Assembly (NCBI GenBank): GCA_017477025.1 | Contig: JAFUYA010000049.1 | Location: forward strand, 24,051-88,050 | Length of the DNA: 64,000 nucleotides | Direction of reading: 5' to 3' | DNA from: Bacteroidales bacterium | GTDB taxonomy: Bacteria > Bacteroidota > Bacteroidia > Bacteroidales > P3 | In this document: positions 47,066-57,534 of the stretch, piece by piece | Numbering within the stretch: the stretch's first letter is position 1 | Layout: each line of letters begins with the position of its first letter | Position numbers and translations under genes: made by a program | Notes under the pieces: model-generated | Database searches by the model: none | Told to the model about the DNA's origin: nothing | Seen by the model: the letters and a program-made list of their open reading frames with translations, nothing else

Positions 47066-48439
47066 TTAATTATCGTTTAGTAGTTCTTCTATTTGTGGTA
47101 CTAATCTGTCAATATCTCCGGCTCCAAAAGTAATTAAAAATTTTGGATTAAGGGCTTCTAATAACGGAAAAAGTTGTTCTTTATTTACTAAATACTTATC
47201 CATTTTATTTATTTTGTGCAGTAGTAAGTGAGAATCCACTCCTGCAATAGGCTCTTCTCTTGCCGGATATATCGGTAATAATATTACTTCGTCCAATTTC
47301 TCCAATGCTTTTGCAAAATCATCTGCAAAATCTCTCGTTCTGGAATATAAATGCGGTTGAAATATCCCTGTTATCTTTTCTTGTGGATACATCTGTCGTA
47401 AGGAATCTATGCATGAGGTAATCTCTTTCGGGTGATGTGCATAATCATCAATGAAGATTCTGTTATTATTTTTTATTCTGAAATCCAGTCTGCGTTTCAT
47501 TCCACTGAAAGATTTCAATCCTTGTCGCAGTATTTGTTCTCTTTCTTTAATATTGACATTAATACTTTTCAGAGCAAAATTACATACGGTCAGAGCAGCT
47601 ACTGCATTTTCCACATTATGCATACCGGGATAGGACATTTGCATATCATACCAAACCCCGTCATCGTGTTTATAATCGAAAAAATAACATCCTTTGCTGA
47701 TACGAAGATTCCAGGCATAGTTATCGGATTCTGTATTTAGAGAAGAATATGTGCGTAGAGGTATTCTATTTCTGAGATCTTTAATCAGACGTTCTTGATC
47801 CTGTCTTACTAAAAGAAGACCGTCTTTATTTGTCAGACAAGCAAATTGTTCAAATGCGTCATGCAGGTTTTCATAGTTATGATAAATATCCATATGGTCT
47901 GCATCAATAGCTGTTATAACGGAAACAAACGGATTTAGCTGCAAAAAGCTTCTGTCGTATTCATCAGCTTCCGCTACAATGAATTTAGAATTTTTATTGT
48001 ATATGAAGTTAGTGTCAGCACTTTTCAGGATACCTCCCAAAAAGGCACTGCATCCATAATCTGAAGAAGATAGAATGTGAGTAATCATGCCACAGGTTGT
48101 TGTTTTGCCGTGTGAACCTGCAACAGCCAGAACCTTTTTGTCTTTAGTTATGTGTCCCAATGCTACAGAGCGTTTTTCCAAAGGAATATTCTGTTGTTTT
48201 ATATAGTTTAGTTGCTCATTATTTTCAGGTATTGCGGGAGTATATATGCATAAGTCTATGTTGTTCGGGACATTTTCTTTTTTATCTTCATAATTGATTT
48301 TAATGCCTTCTTTTTCCAGTTGTATTGTCAACTCACTGCGTGTTTTGTCATAACCGCTTACATCATCGCCTTTTGTATTTAAGTAACGGGCGATGGCACT
48401 CATACCTATTCCTCCTATTCCCAGAAAATAAATTTTCAT
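47066..48439 (-). CDS. murC: UDP-N-acetylmuramate--L-alanine ligase
   Basis: FLGIGGIGMSAIA, the P-loop AGSHGKTTT, and DDYAHHP. Confidence 0.95.
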   Translation of the reverse strand: MKIYFLGIGGIGMSAIARYLNTKGDDVSGYDKTRSELTIQLEKEGIKINYEDKKENVPNNIDLCIYTPAIPENNEQLNYIKQQNIPLEKRSVALGHITKDKKVLAVAGSHGKTTTCGMITHILSSSDYGCSAFLGGILKSADTNFIYNKNSKFIVAEADEYDRSFLQLNPFVSVITAIDADHMDIYHNYENLHDAFEQFACLTNKDGLLLVRQDQERLIKDLRNRIPLRTYSSLNTESDNYAWNLRISKGCYFFDYKHDDGVWYDMQMSYPGMHNVENAVAALTVCNFALKSINVNIKEREQILRQGLKSFSGMKRRLDFRIKNNNRIFIDDYAHHPKEITSCIDSLRQMYPQEKITGIFQPHLYSRTRDFADDFAKALEKLDEVILLPIYPAREEPIAGVDSHLLLHKINKMDKYLVNKEQLFPLLEALNPKFLITFGAGDIDRLVPQIEELLNDN

Positions 48440-48491
48440 CTTACCATGTTTGTTTATTAACTACGCGGATAGCAACCGTATCCTTGTATCA

Positions 48492-49613
48492 TTATTTAAC
48501 CAATTCATTTATAACTTTAAATATTCTTTCGTCAGCATCTCTTATACCAAGTTGTATAATATTTTTTCCTAAAGTTTTCATCTTGATCTCATCTTTGATT
48601 AGACCATCAAGAACATTGACAAAAAGACTGTCAAGTTCAGTATCCTTAATCATCAGTGCGGCATTTCTATTTACCAGTGCTGTTGCGTTTTTTGTTTGAT
48701 GATCCTCTGCAACATTAGGGGAAGGGACGAGAATCAACGGCTTGCCGACAAGACAGAGTTCACTTATACTCAATGCTCCGGCTCTTGCCATAATTACATC
48801 TGCAACCCTGTAAGCCTTATCCATATCGGTAATGAATTCATGAATATGAATCAATTCTTTTGCTTTAGGACTGTGTTTGAACAAGGTAGATACGCTATCA
48901 ATGATATGGGAGTAATAACTTTTGCCTGTTTGCCAAAGGAGTTGTATATTATTATCTATAAAATATTGTAAGTTCTCATCAATAACTTTGTTGATGCTTC
49001 CCGCTCCTAAACTTCCACCGGTAACGAACAGAGTTTTCATTCCTTCTTTCAAATCGAAGTGCTGCAGGCTTTCCGTTCGTTCTCCATTAGTGTTATCATT
49101 GAACGAAGCAATGTTGTTTCTTACGGGATTACCGGTAAAGATTATTTTATCTTCAGGAAAGTATTTGTCCATATTGCCGTACGCTACACATATTGCAGAC
49201 GCCTTCTTAGCAAGAATCTGATTTGTTTTTCCTGCTAAAGAATTTTGTTCCTGAATCAGAGTAGGTATTCCGAGTTTTTGTGCAGCAAAAAGGGTAGCCC
49301 ATGATGCATATCCTCCGACCCCTATGACAATATCAGGACGGAACTCTTTTATTATTTGTTTTGCTTTAAGCAGAGATGAGATCATTTTAATAGGTAATGA
49401 AAGATTTTTCCAAATCTTCTTCCTTTGGAATCCCTTTATGTTGAGACCTTCTATTTTATAACCTGCTTGCGGGACTTTTTGCATTTCCATTCTGCCCGAA
49501 GCACCGATGAAAAGAATATCGCTGTCAGACTGATGTTTTTGTATAACATTTGCTATGGCTATGGCAGGAAAAATATGTCCTCCTGTCCCTCCTCCGCTTA
49601 TTATTACTTTCAT
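48492..49613 (-). CDS. murG: undecaprenyldiphospho-muramoylpentapeptide beta-N-acetylglucosaminyltransferase
   Basis: GGGTGGHIFPAIAIA, GGYAS, and ARAGALSISE...VPSPNVAEDHQTKNA. Confidence 0.95.
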   Translation of the reverse strand: MKVIISGGGTGGHIFPAIAIANVIQKHQSDSDILFIGASGRMEMQKVPQAGYKIEGLNIKGFQRKKIWKNLSLPIKMISSLLKAKQIIKEFRPDIVIGVGGYASWATLFAAQKLGIPTLIQEQNSLAGKTNQILAKKASAICVAYGNMDKYFPEDKIIFTGNPVRNNIASFNDNTNGERTESLQHFDLKEGMKTLFVTGGSLGAGSINKVIDENLQYFIDNNIQLLWQTGKSYYSHIIDSVSTLFKHSPKAKELIHIHEFITDMDKAYRVADVIMARAGALSISELCLVGKPLILVPSPNVAEDHQTKNATALVNRNAALMIKDTELDSLFVNVLDGLIKDEIKMKTLGKNIIQLGIRDADERIFKVINELVK

Positions 49614-49616
49614 TGC

Positions 49617-50819
49617 TTATTGTGTTTGATTAATATCTTCTTGTTCTGATGTATTGTATGTTATTGGAGTTTCGTCTTTATCATCCGTTACTTTTTTTGT
49701 TATGTTTAGAGTTATTCCTAAGAATATGCTGGCAAAAACAAAGGATGTTCCTCCGTAAGAAATAAAAGGTAATGTTTGCCCTGTTACAGGAATAAGACCT
49801 ACAGCTACGCTCATATTAATAAGAGTCTGTAAGGTAATGATGATTCCCATAGACAAACATGCCATAGACCCGAAGTATCCGTCAATATTTCTTGCGGTTT
49901 TAAACATTCTGTATAGCAATATGATGTATAATAAGATGATAAAACCTCCTAACAATATACCTCCTTCCTCCAAGATAATTGAAAAAATAAAATCATTATG
50001 GGCTTCGTCAAGGAATCTTGACTGAATACTGTTTCCTATACCTCTTCCTATTAATCCGCTTGTAGCAATTGCCGTTAAAGATAAGTTTGTCTGAGTTAAA
50101 GCCCTGTAATCAATTCTTGTATGGCCCTCCGTTCTGGCTAATATCGTTCCAAGACGTCCGATTTTACTTGCAAATTCAGGACTGTATCTGGCTATCGTCA
50201 GAAGTATTCCTATGAATACAACCAAACATAACAACATAGTGTACAAATATTTTTTTCTTACACCCCCTATACGCATCAATATGAAACTTGTTATAAATAT
50301 TAAAACGGAAGTTGAAAAGTTTGACCAGAAAACAATGCCACAGACAATGAACAAAGGTATCATCAAAGAATAAAAAACTTTTTTATCTTCAATATGATCC
50401 TGGTTATTTGCCATTATCATGCATATATAGAATAACGTTACATATTTTGCTATTTCCGACGGTTGGAATTGCAGGTTGTAGAAACCCAAATTTATCCTTA
50501 TCCATCTTGCCATTGAAACAGTAGTATGGTTGAAAAGGGCCTGCAGGTACGGTACGCAGGTTAGGATAATTGAGAACCACAGCAAAACTTTTAAGATCTT
50601 TGTTATTTTACGGTAATCCGTTCTATGGAACAAAAAACAACATACGAAACCTATGATAAGCCAGATAATATGGCGTAACAGCAGAGGAAGAAAACTTCCA
50701 CCGCCTATTTCTTTTCCCATAGCAGAGAAGACCTCTACTATACTGATAAAGATAAATAGGAAATATACAATCCAGATTACCTTATCCCCTTGTAATATTT
50801 TATTTTTTATGTTTCCCAA
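49617..50819 (-). CDS. ftsW: SEDS-family lipid II flippase/peptidoglycan polymerase FtsW
   Basis: 400 aa and polytopic. FQPSEIAK, HNDFIFS and LPFISYGGTS. Confidence 0.9.
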   Translation of the reverse strand: MGNIKNKILQGDKVIWIVYFLFIFISIVEVFSAMGKEIGGGSFLPLLLRHIIWLIIGFVCCFLFHRTDYRKITKILKVLLWFSIILTCVPYLQALFNHTTVSMARWIRINLGFYNLQFQPSEIAKYVTLFYICMIMANNQDHIEDKKVFYSLMIPLFIVCGIVFWSNFSTSVLIFITSFILMRIGGVRKKYLYTMLLCLVVFIGILLTIARYSPEFASKIGRLGTILARTEGHTRIDYRALTQTNLSLTAIATSGLIGRGIGNSIQSRFLDEAHNDFIFSIILEEGGILLGGFIILLYIILLYRMFKTARNIDGYFGSMACLSMGIIITLQTLINMSVAVGLIPVTGQTLPFISYGGTSFVFASIFLGITLNITKKVTDDKDETPITYNTSEQEDINQTQ

Positions 50820-50843
50820 TTTTCTTTTTATATTAAATATTCG

Positions 50844-51332
50844 TTACATGGAAAAGACTTTCTCCTCAAATACCTTGGAGAGAAAAGTATTGACACAACT
50901 ATCTTGTTCAAAAGAAGTGAAAATGATACAGTCATCTATTGTAGCGATTTTGGCTGCCATGGAAGTATTTTGCAGAATGTCATCTTTTGAAGCGTTGGTG
51001 ATGAATACCTGTCTTATTTTTGACCCGAGAGTACTTGAAACACTTTTAATCTCATCACGGCTAACAGTACCTTTATTTACAATCCATATAATATTTTTAG
51101 CAGTTTTTGAGAATAACAACCATGCCGAATTGATGTTTTGTACTCCTACAGCATTGATGTATTCTACTCCGGACACAACTGCGACGGTATGATGATTGTT
51201 TTGCGTATTTTTCCTTAAAAATCCTCGCATAAGTATTTGGTTACGCATTTTGCGTATGTTATTATATGTTCGCTCGGACTTCAATGTATATTTTCCTTCC
51301 TCCGTTGTTGATGCTAATTCTTCAATTGTCAT
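50844..51332 (-). CDS. diverged Mur-ligase C-terminal-domain-only protein occupying the murD slot (truncated murD relic or repurposed domain)
   Basis: 162 aa. HHTVAVVSGVEYINAVGVQNINSAW...NIIWIV is collinear with the HR.E.V...GV.[FY]INDSKATN..S block that opens the MurD C-terminal domain. No GxxGK[ST] P-loop or N-terminal Rossmann domain is present. Only 531 bp separate mraY and ftsW. Confidence 0.55.
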   Translation of the reverse strand: MTIEELASTTEEGKYTLKSERTYNNIRKMRNQILMRGFLRKNTQNNHHTVAVVSGVEYINAVGVQNINSAWLLFSKTAKNIIWIVNKGTVSRDEIKSVSSTLGSKIRQVFITNASKDDILQNTSMAAKIATIDDCIIFTSFEQDSCVNTFLSKVFEEKVFSM

Positions 51333-51350
51333 GGTTTCGTTACGTTTTTT

Positions 51351-52604
51351 TTATCTTAGTTTAAGGGTTATAATTGTTATCACTGCCAAAATTATACTTA
51401 TTAAAAAGAAACGTTGTACAATTTTACTCTCGTGCCAGCCTTTTTTTTGAAAATGATGATGTATGGGAGTCATAAGGAAGATTCTCTTTCCCTCTCCGTA
51501 TTTTTTCTTTGTATATTTAAAATATGATACCTGCATTATTACACTTACGCTCTCAACGAGGAATATCCCGCATAGTAGAACTAAAAGCCATTCTTTTCTT
51601 ATTAATATCGCCAATACGGCAATTATACCTCCTATTGTTAAAGACCCAGTGTCCCCCATAAATACTTGTGCAGGGAAAGTATTGTACCAAAGAAAGCCTG
51701 CAGTAGCTCCGACGAAGGCAGCTATGAATATTGTCAATTCACCGATGTTAGGAATATACATTATGTTGAGGTAATTTGCGAAAATTATATTACCGCTTAC
51801 CCAGGCAAGGATGCCTAAAGTGGAACCTATTATTGCAGAAGTTCCCGTTGCAAGCCCGTCAATTCCATCGGTTAGATTAGCTCCGTTACTTACGGCTGTT
51901 ATAATCAGTATCACGATAGGGATAAAGATCAGCCATGCCCAGTTTTTATAATTTTTGGTAAAAGGCTTGAGAATCTTACTATAATCAAATTCATGACCCT
52001 TAATGAAAGGGATAGTAGTTTTAGTACTTCTGACGCTTTCTTTTGAGAATTGTTGTTTTGCTTTCTCGTATGTTGTCTCAACCTGCAAATTGTGAGTTTG
52101 CGAGTACTCGGCAATATCTTGTTTTTCTTTGATAACAATATCATTAGAAAAGAACATCATACTTCCGACAATTATACCCAAGCTGATTTGTCCCAATATT
52201 TTACCCCAACCGTTCATACCTTCCTTATGTTTCTTGAAGACCTTGATATAGTCATCCATGAAACCTAACAGACCTAACCAAATTGTCGTAATAATCATTA
52301 TGATTATATATATATTGTCCAATTTACAGAATAGCAATACAGGGACTAAAATACCGAACAAAATAATCAATCCGCCCATTGTCGGGGTTCCTTCTTTTTC
52401 TTTTTGTCCTGCAAGACCCAAATCTCTGACCGTTTCGCCGATTTGTTGTTTTTTCAGAATATTTATTAATTTTCCTCCGAAAACAATGGTAATCAGCAAA
52501 GATACTATTGCAGAGGCAGCCGCACGAAATGAAATGTACTGAAACACTCCTGCTCCGGGGAAATCAAAACCCTCATCCAACCATCTGAACAAATAATACA
52601 ACAT
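51351..52604 (-). CDS. mraY: phospho-N-acetylmuramoyl-pentapeptide transferase
   Basis: [38 protein letters not shown] and PIHHHF. Confidence 0.95.
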   Translation of the reverse strand: MLYYLFRWLDEGFDFPGAGVFQYISFRAAASAIVSLLITIVFGGKLINILKKQQIGETVRDLGLAGQKEKEGTPTMGGLIILFGILVPVLLFCKLDNIYIIIMIITTIWLGLLGFMDDYIKVFKKHKEGMNGWGKILGQISLGIIVGSMMFFSNDIVIKEKQDIAEYSQTHNLQVETTYEKAKQQFSKESVRSTKTTIPFIKGHEFDYSKILKPFTKNYKNWAWLIFIPIVILIITAVSNGANLTDGIDGLATGTSAIIGSTLGILAWVSGNIIFANYLNIMYIPNIGELTIFIAAFVGATAGFLWYNTFPAQVFMGDTGSLTIGGIIAVLAILIRKEWLLVLLCGIFLVESVSVIMQVSYFKYTKKKYGEGKRIFLMTPIHHHFQKKGWHESKIVQRFFLISIILAVITIITLKLR

Positions 52605-52653
52605 ATCTATTTTACTTTATTTTAACTTATTTACACTTAGGTAGAATCATCGG

Positions 52654-54162
52654 TTATTTCATCAACTCTTCTTTGTCGTCAAAATGATGTTTAACTCCTT
52701 TGATCTCCTGATAATTCTCATGACCCTTCCCTGCAATTAATATAATATCGTTCTTTTTTGCTAAAGCTATTGCAATTTTTATTGCTTCCCGTCTGTCTGT
52801 TATCGAGAACACCTGTTTATTTTCCGTATCATGCACCTGATCCAAGCCTTTCTCCATATCTTTTATTATGTCTTCGGGATTTTCATCACGAGGATTATCA
52901 CTTGTCAATATCAAAATATCACTGAGTTTATATGATATTTCGGCCATCAAAGGGCGTTTTGTCTTATCTCTGTTGCCTCCGCAACCTATTACGGTGATAA
53001 TCTTTTGGGTAAGAGAAGTGCGACAATCGTTTATCGTATTTAGTACATTCTCTACTGCATCCGGTGTGTGTGCGTAGTCAATTATTCCGTAGGCTTCATT
53101 TCTTAGTTTATATATTTCAAATCTTCCTTTTGCAGCTTTCAACATCGAAAGATTTTTTAATACGTCCAACTTATCGGCACCCAACAATATAGCGGTAGAA
53201 TAAACAGCCAAAAGGTTGTACGCATTGAATTTTCCCACCAAAGCAAGACGCACCGGTAAGTTGCGATAGGCATTTAAAGAGTCCTCAAATGTTATTTCCA
53301 TATCTTCCAAAGAGGATTCCAGTATCTTGGCTTTAAAATCTGCCTTTGCATTTTTCAACGAATACAGATAACGTTTTGCTTTTGTGTTTTGCAACATGAC
53401 CTCGCCGTTCTTGTCGTCTATGTTTGATAATGCAAATGCTGACGCAGGCAAATCGTCAAAAAACTTTTTCTTCGCTTTGATGTATGCGGCGAATGTTTTG
53501 TGATAGTCCAAATGATCAAGAGTTATATTGGAAAATATTGCTCCTGCAAACTCCAATCCTGCAATACGATTTTGAACAACTGAATGCGAACTGACTTCCA
53601 TAAATGCATATTGACAGTTCCGAGCAACCATTTCGCTCAATAGTTCATTTAGCGTTATGCTGTCGGGTGTCGTTCTCTCAGTAGGTAACACCTTGTCGGC
53701 AATCATATTTTCGACAGTAGATATTTTACCGCATTTGTATCCGAGTTTGGTAAATAGTTCATGTAATAAAGTAACCGTTGTGGTTTTTCCATTCGTACCG
53801 GTGATACCTACAAGTTTCAGTTTAGCAGACGGATTATCATAAAAGTTCTTTGCTGTTTGTGCCAAAGTAAGAGAAGAACTCTTTACTCTTATATATAATA
53901 CGGAATCATCATTTGCACAATATTCTGCATTGTCGAAAATAATAACTTTCGCTCCGTTGTTTACGGCTTTGTCAATGAACAGATGTCCGTCCGTAACTTC
54001 TCCTTTCTCTGCAATAAACAGATAATTATCTTTCACCTTACGACTATCGAAAGCAATACCCTCAATGTATATCGAATCCAAATTGTACGGTACTCCGTTC
54101 AAAGTGGTATTTTCAATATTGTATTCTACGTTTAGTAATATGTCTTGTAAATTCTTTGTCAT
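52654..54162 (-). CDS. murE: UDP-N-acetylmuramoyl-L-alanyl-D-glutamate--2,6-diaminopimelate ligase
   Basis: The P-loop GITGTNGKTTT, MEVSSH, NITLDHLDYH, DYAHTPDA and the DAP-specificity-like DNPR motif (TSDNPRDE). Confidence 0.95.
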   Translation of the reverse strand: MTKNLQDILLNVEYNIENTTLNGVPYNLDSIYIEGIAFDSRKVKDNYLFIAEKGEVTDGHLFIDKAVNNGAKVIIFDNAEYCANDDSVLYIRVKSSSLTLAQTAKNFYDNPSAKLKLVGITGTNGKTTTVTLLHELFTKLGYKCGKISTVENMIADKVLPTERTTPDSITLNELLSEMVARNCQYAFMEVSSHSVVQNRIAGLEFAGAIFSNITLDHLDYHKTFAAYIKAKKKFFDDLPASAFALSNIDDKNGEVMLQNTKAKRYLYSLKNAKADFKAKILESSLEDMEITFEDSLNAYRNLPVRLALVGKFNAYNLLAVYSTAILLGADKLDVLKNLSMLKAAKGRFEIYKLRNEAYGIIDYAHTPDAVENVLNTINDCRTSLTQKIITVIGCGGNRDKTKRPLMAEISYKLSDILILTSDNPRDENPEDIIKDMEKGLDQVHDTENKQVFSITDRREAIKIAIALAKKNDIILIAGKGHENYQEIKGVKHHFDDKEELMK

Positions 54163-56298
54163 CTATTTTTTTGTTAATGTAAGGATTATAGTTTTTCCTC
54201 TTTCAATCTTAGTATTAGGTTTTATACTCTGTTCTTTTACATTGCCGTAACCGGAAAACGTTACTTTCAATCCCAATCTTTCCAAGACAAACAGGGCATC
54301 TGACAGATTCCATCCTTTCAAGTCAGGGACTTTATCCGACAGAAGAGCAGATTTTATTTTGACGGAGTTATCAACAAATCTGTTTTTCTTATCCGTAGTT
54401 GAGTAAGAAGTAATATTGTTACTTTTTGCGATGTTATTTTGTGATGTTTCTTCAACCCTTTGAGCATTTACTCCCATAACTCTGTCGCTTATTTCTCTGA
54501 AAACAGGAGCTGCCAGATCTCCTCCGTGCGTTACTCCGCCTTTCGGTTCATTGATAACGACAATGCAGGAATATTGCGGGTTGTCTGCAGGGAAATAACC
54601 GGCAAAAGAAGCTCTGTGCAAACGATGTTGGCTCTTTACGTCTCCGCCTGAATAATTGACTTCAGCCGTACCTGATTTTCCGGCAATGCCGTATGATGCG
54701 GACTTAAGTCTTCGCCCCGTTCCGTAGATGACCACACGTTTAAGAATATCCTGTAAGATTTTTACGGTTTCGGGTTTGCACATTCTGCGTTTCAAAGTGT
54801 CTGCAGAGAATGTTTTTATTACTTGTCCGTCTTGCAATACCTGACGTACGAAAATCGGTTTGAGCATTATACCCCCGTTTGCTATACCGTTATAGAAAGT
54901 TAAGAGTTGGAGCGGAGTCATAGCTGTAACATAGCCGAAAGACATACGTAATAAATCGTCCGTATAGCGGGAAGAACCTATTGTAGGCAGAGGTTCATGG
55001 ACCATTATATCCGTTTCCAATTTTTTATACGGGAAGTATTCCTGTAAGTCTTTGGCAAACTGCTCTCTGCTTTTATAATTTTGTCCGTAATAGTCATAAA
55101 CCAAACTGCTTATTCCTACATTGGAGGATATTTCCATTGCACGGGTTAAAGAAACGTCCTTATCTCTGCCTTTTTTATTGACGTCATAGATAGGTTTTGA
55201 TGCATTCGGAAATTCTTTCATTCCCGTCGGAACGATTATTGAAGTATCGCAATAGCCTTTGTCCAAAAGCATCATGTCAGTTACGGTCTTGAATGTACTT
55301 CCCGGTTCATAACGACTGCCGACTGCAATATTGCGATCTTCGTAGTAGTAATAGTCATCCTTTTCTTCCTGATCAGTTTTCTTTTTTCTATCTTTCAGAG
55401 TCTTACGAGTGAAAGAGGCCAATGCTTTAATATAGCCTGTTTTCGTTTCCATCAAAATAACGCAGCCTTCTTTAGCATCGTTACTGTCAAGGCATTTTTT
55501 CAATGCCGTTTCAGCCAATTCCTGTAAAGGAATATCCAATGTAGTTATAATATCATTGCCTCTTTTAGGCTTTATAAGCAATGTGTCGTCAATAGGTATC
55601 CACAAGTTCGGGGCAATCTTTCTTTCCAATCGCTCGCCTTTACTGCCTTGTAAAGTACTTGCATAAAAACCTTCGATGCCGTTACTTGTGTCAATACCGT
55701 CTTTTATGTATTCTATTCCGATAGTTCTTCGTGCCAAATCGCCGTAAGGATAAACTCGTTTGTATTTCAAATCTGCGAAAATGGCATTGCGTATTTTTCC
55801 GAAATTTTTCAATGCATCCAAATCATCCTGCCTTGCCATTTTGGCAATAAGTGTTCCTCTGTTTCTTTCTGCACGGTTTTTTTGCAGATATTCTTCCCAT
55901 TGGGTTTTTGTTTTTGAAGGAAATCGTTGAGAAAGTAAGGAACACAAGTCATTCAGGCGACGTTTCCAAAGTGTATCTGCAATTACCCAATCTATTTTGT
56001 CTTTTTCCCCGACTGCATTTATTTTTCCTATGCCCAAATCCAAGTAAATGTCATATCGTATCTCGTTAGCAGCCAACAAAAGCAACTCTCCGGTAACATT
56101 ATCATAAGAATATATGTTTCCTTTCGGGGCATAAAAGGAGCGTTTTTGAATCAAACGTTCATTACTTATTGAATCAAAAACCGTCCTGTCGCTCGTTTTC
56201 AGTCTTATTGCTTTTACGAATATGATTATAAAGACTACTACGAACAGCCAATATAACAAAGGAACTATCGTTTTAATATTTTTATCAAATCCGGACAC
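54163..56298 (-). CDS. ftsI: penicillin-binding protein (FtsI/PBP3-like transpeptidase) with C-terminal PASTA domain
   Basis: N-terminal TM anchor, STFK (PGSTFKT), SSN (ISSNVG) and KSG (GKSGTA) transpeptidase motifs, and a C-terminal PASTA-like KGWNLSDALFVLERLGLKV. Confidence 0.9.
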   Translation of the reverse strand: MSGFDKNIKTIVPLLYWLFVVVFIIIFVKAIRLKTSDRTVFDSISNERLIQKRSFYAPKGNIYSYDNVTGELLLLAANEIRYDIYLDLGIGKINAVGEKDKIDWVIADTLWKRRLNDLCSLLSQRFPSKTKTQWEEYLQKNRAERNRGTLIAKMARQDDLDALKNFGKIRNAIFADLKYKRVYPYGDLARRTIGIEYIKDGIDTSNGIEGFYASTLQGSKGERLERKIAPNLWIPIDDTLLIKPKRGNDIITTLDIPLQELAETALKKCLDSNDAKEGCVILMETKTGYIKALASFTRKTLKDRKKKTDQEEKDDYYYYEDRNIAVGSRYEPGSTFKTVTDMMLLDKGYCDTSIIVPTGMKEFPNASKPIYDVNKKGRDKDVSLTRAMEISSNVGISSLVYDYYGQNYKSREQFAKDLQEYFPYKKLETDIMVHEPLPTIGSSRYTDDLLRMSFGYVTAMTPLQLLTFYNGIANGGIMLKPIFVRQVLQDGQVIKTFSADTLKRRMCKPETVKILQDILKRVVIYGTGRRLKSASYGIAGKSGTAEVNYSGGDVKSQHRLHRASFAGYFPADNPQYSCIVVINEPKGGVTHGGDLAAPVFREISDRVMGVNAQRVEETSQNNIAKSNNITSYSTTDKKNRFVDNSVKIKSALLSDKVPDLKGWNLSDALFVLERLGLKVTFSGYGNVKEQSIKPNTKIERGKTIILTLTKK

Positions 56299-56302
56299 TT
56301 AT

Positions 56303-56608
56303 CTATTCAATAATTATAATATCCTTAACTTCTTCTTTACTGATGGCAATACCCCTCGGAGCTAATCTTTCGTTGAGTTGCTGCATTGAAATGGTGTTCT
56401 GATAGATAGTTTTGGTTTTTAAAGATTTTTCCTGTAAAGCAGTTATCTCTGCCGCCAATTTATTAATATCCCTTATAGTGTGTTCACAGGTGAATCGAAA
56501 TCCTATGTAAATCACTAAAAGCAATACACAGAAACTTAAAAACAAAAGATTTTTGCCCGTTATCTTTTGTAAGAAAGTTCCGTTTAATATTTTGGTTACA
56601 ACATTCAT
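56303..56608 (-). CDS. ftsL: FtsL-like cell division protein
   Basis: 101 aa with one TM followed by a coiled coil. The position between rsmH and ftsI supports the call. Confidence 0.6.
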   Translation of the reverse strand: MNVVTKILNGTFLQKITGKNLLFLSFCVLLLVIYIGFRFTCEHTIRDINKLAAEITALQEKSLKTKTIYQNTISMQQLNERLAPRGIAISKEEVKDIIIIE

Positions 56609-56616
56609 ATCTTTTT

Positions 56617-57534
56617 TTACTTCTTCTCTGCTATTCTCAGTTTGGCACTTCTTGCACGCGAATTGTTACATATCTCTTCTTCGGAAGGTGTTATCGGTTT
56701 TCTTGTTATCGGTTTGTAAGGAGTATTTACGTTTCCGTAGAAATCTTTCTCAATTATGCCTTTTGTATTTCCCGAACGTATCAATTCTTTGACCTTTTTA
56801 TCTTCCAAAGAATGATAAGATATGACTGCCAACCGCCCTTGAGACTTAAGCATTCCCTCACATTGGTTAAGCATGGAATCAAGAGAGGAAAGTTCGTCAT
56901 TTACTTCAATTCGCAATGCCTGAAATATCTTGGCAAAAAACTTATTTTCAATATTAGGCTTGGTAAGCGACTTCAATATTCCGCAAAGTTCGGTTGTTGT
57001 GGCAATATATTGCTCTTCACGTTTTTTGCATATCATTTTTGCCGTTTGTTTTGCATTAGGAATTTCGGCGTATGAGAAAAACAGTCCCGCAAGTTGTTCT
57101 TCGGTGTAAGAGTTGATAATGTCCGCAGCCGTAAATGCGGTATCAACATTCATTCTTAAATCGAGCGGAGCATCGCTGCGGAAAGAAAATCCGCGTTCGG
57201 AAGTATCAATCTGGTGAGAAGATATTCCAAGGTCGGCAAGTATGCCGTCAACTTGCGTAACTCTGTACAGTCTGAGTTGTTTTGTCATGTTGGAGTAGTC
57301 ATCGTTGATAAGGCAAAACCTTTCATCCTCAATGGTATTTTTAACAGAGTCTTTGTCCTTGTCGAAAGCGTAGAGTTGTCCGTTATTGCTCAATTTGTTG
57401 AGAATCGCACGGGAATGACCGCCTCCTCCGAAGGTTAAATCCACGTAAATACCGTCAGGATTAATGTTTAATCCTTCAAGGCATTCGTTAAGTAATACCG
57501 GAACGTGATATGTATTAGACGGACTTGTCGGCAT
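56617..57534 (-). CDS. rsmH: 16S rRNA (cytosine1402-N4)-methyltransferase
   Basis: HVPVLLNE, DLTFGGGGHS, ADLGISSHQ, SYHSLEDK and RARSAKLR. Confidence 0.95.
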   Translation of the reverse strand: MPTSPSNTYHVPVLLNECLEGLNINPDGIYVDLTFGGGGHSRAILNKLSNNGQLYAFDKDKDSVKNTIEDERFCLINDDYSNMTKQLRLYRVTQVDGILADLGISSHQIDTSERGFSFRSDAPLDLRMNVDTAFTAADIINSYTEEQLAGLFFSYAEIPNAKQTAKMICKKREEQYIATTTELCGILKSLTKPNIENKFFAKIFQALRIEVNDELSSLDSMLNQCEGMLKSQGRLAVISYHSLEDKKVKELIRSGNTKGIIEKDFYGNVNTPYKPITRKPITPSEEEICNNSRARSAKLRIAEKK

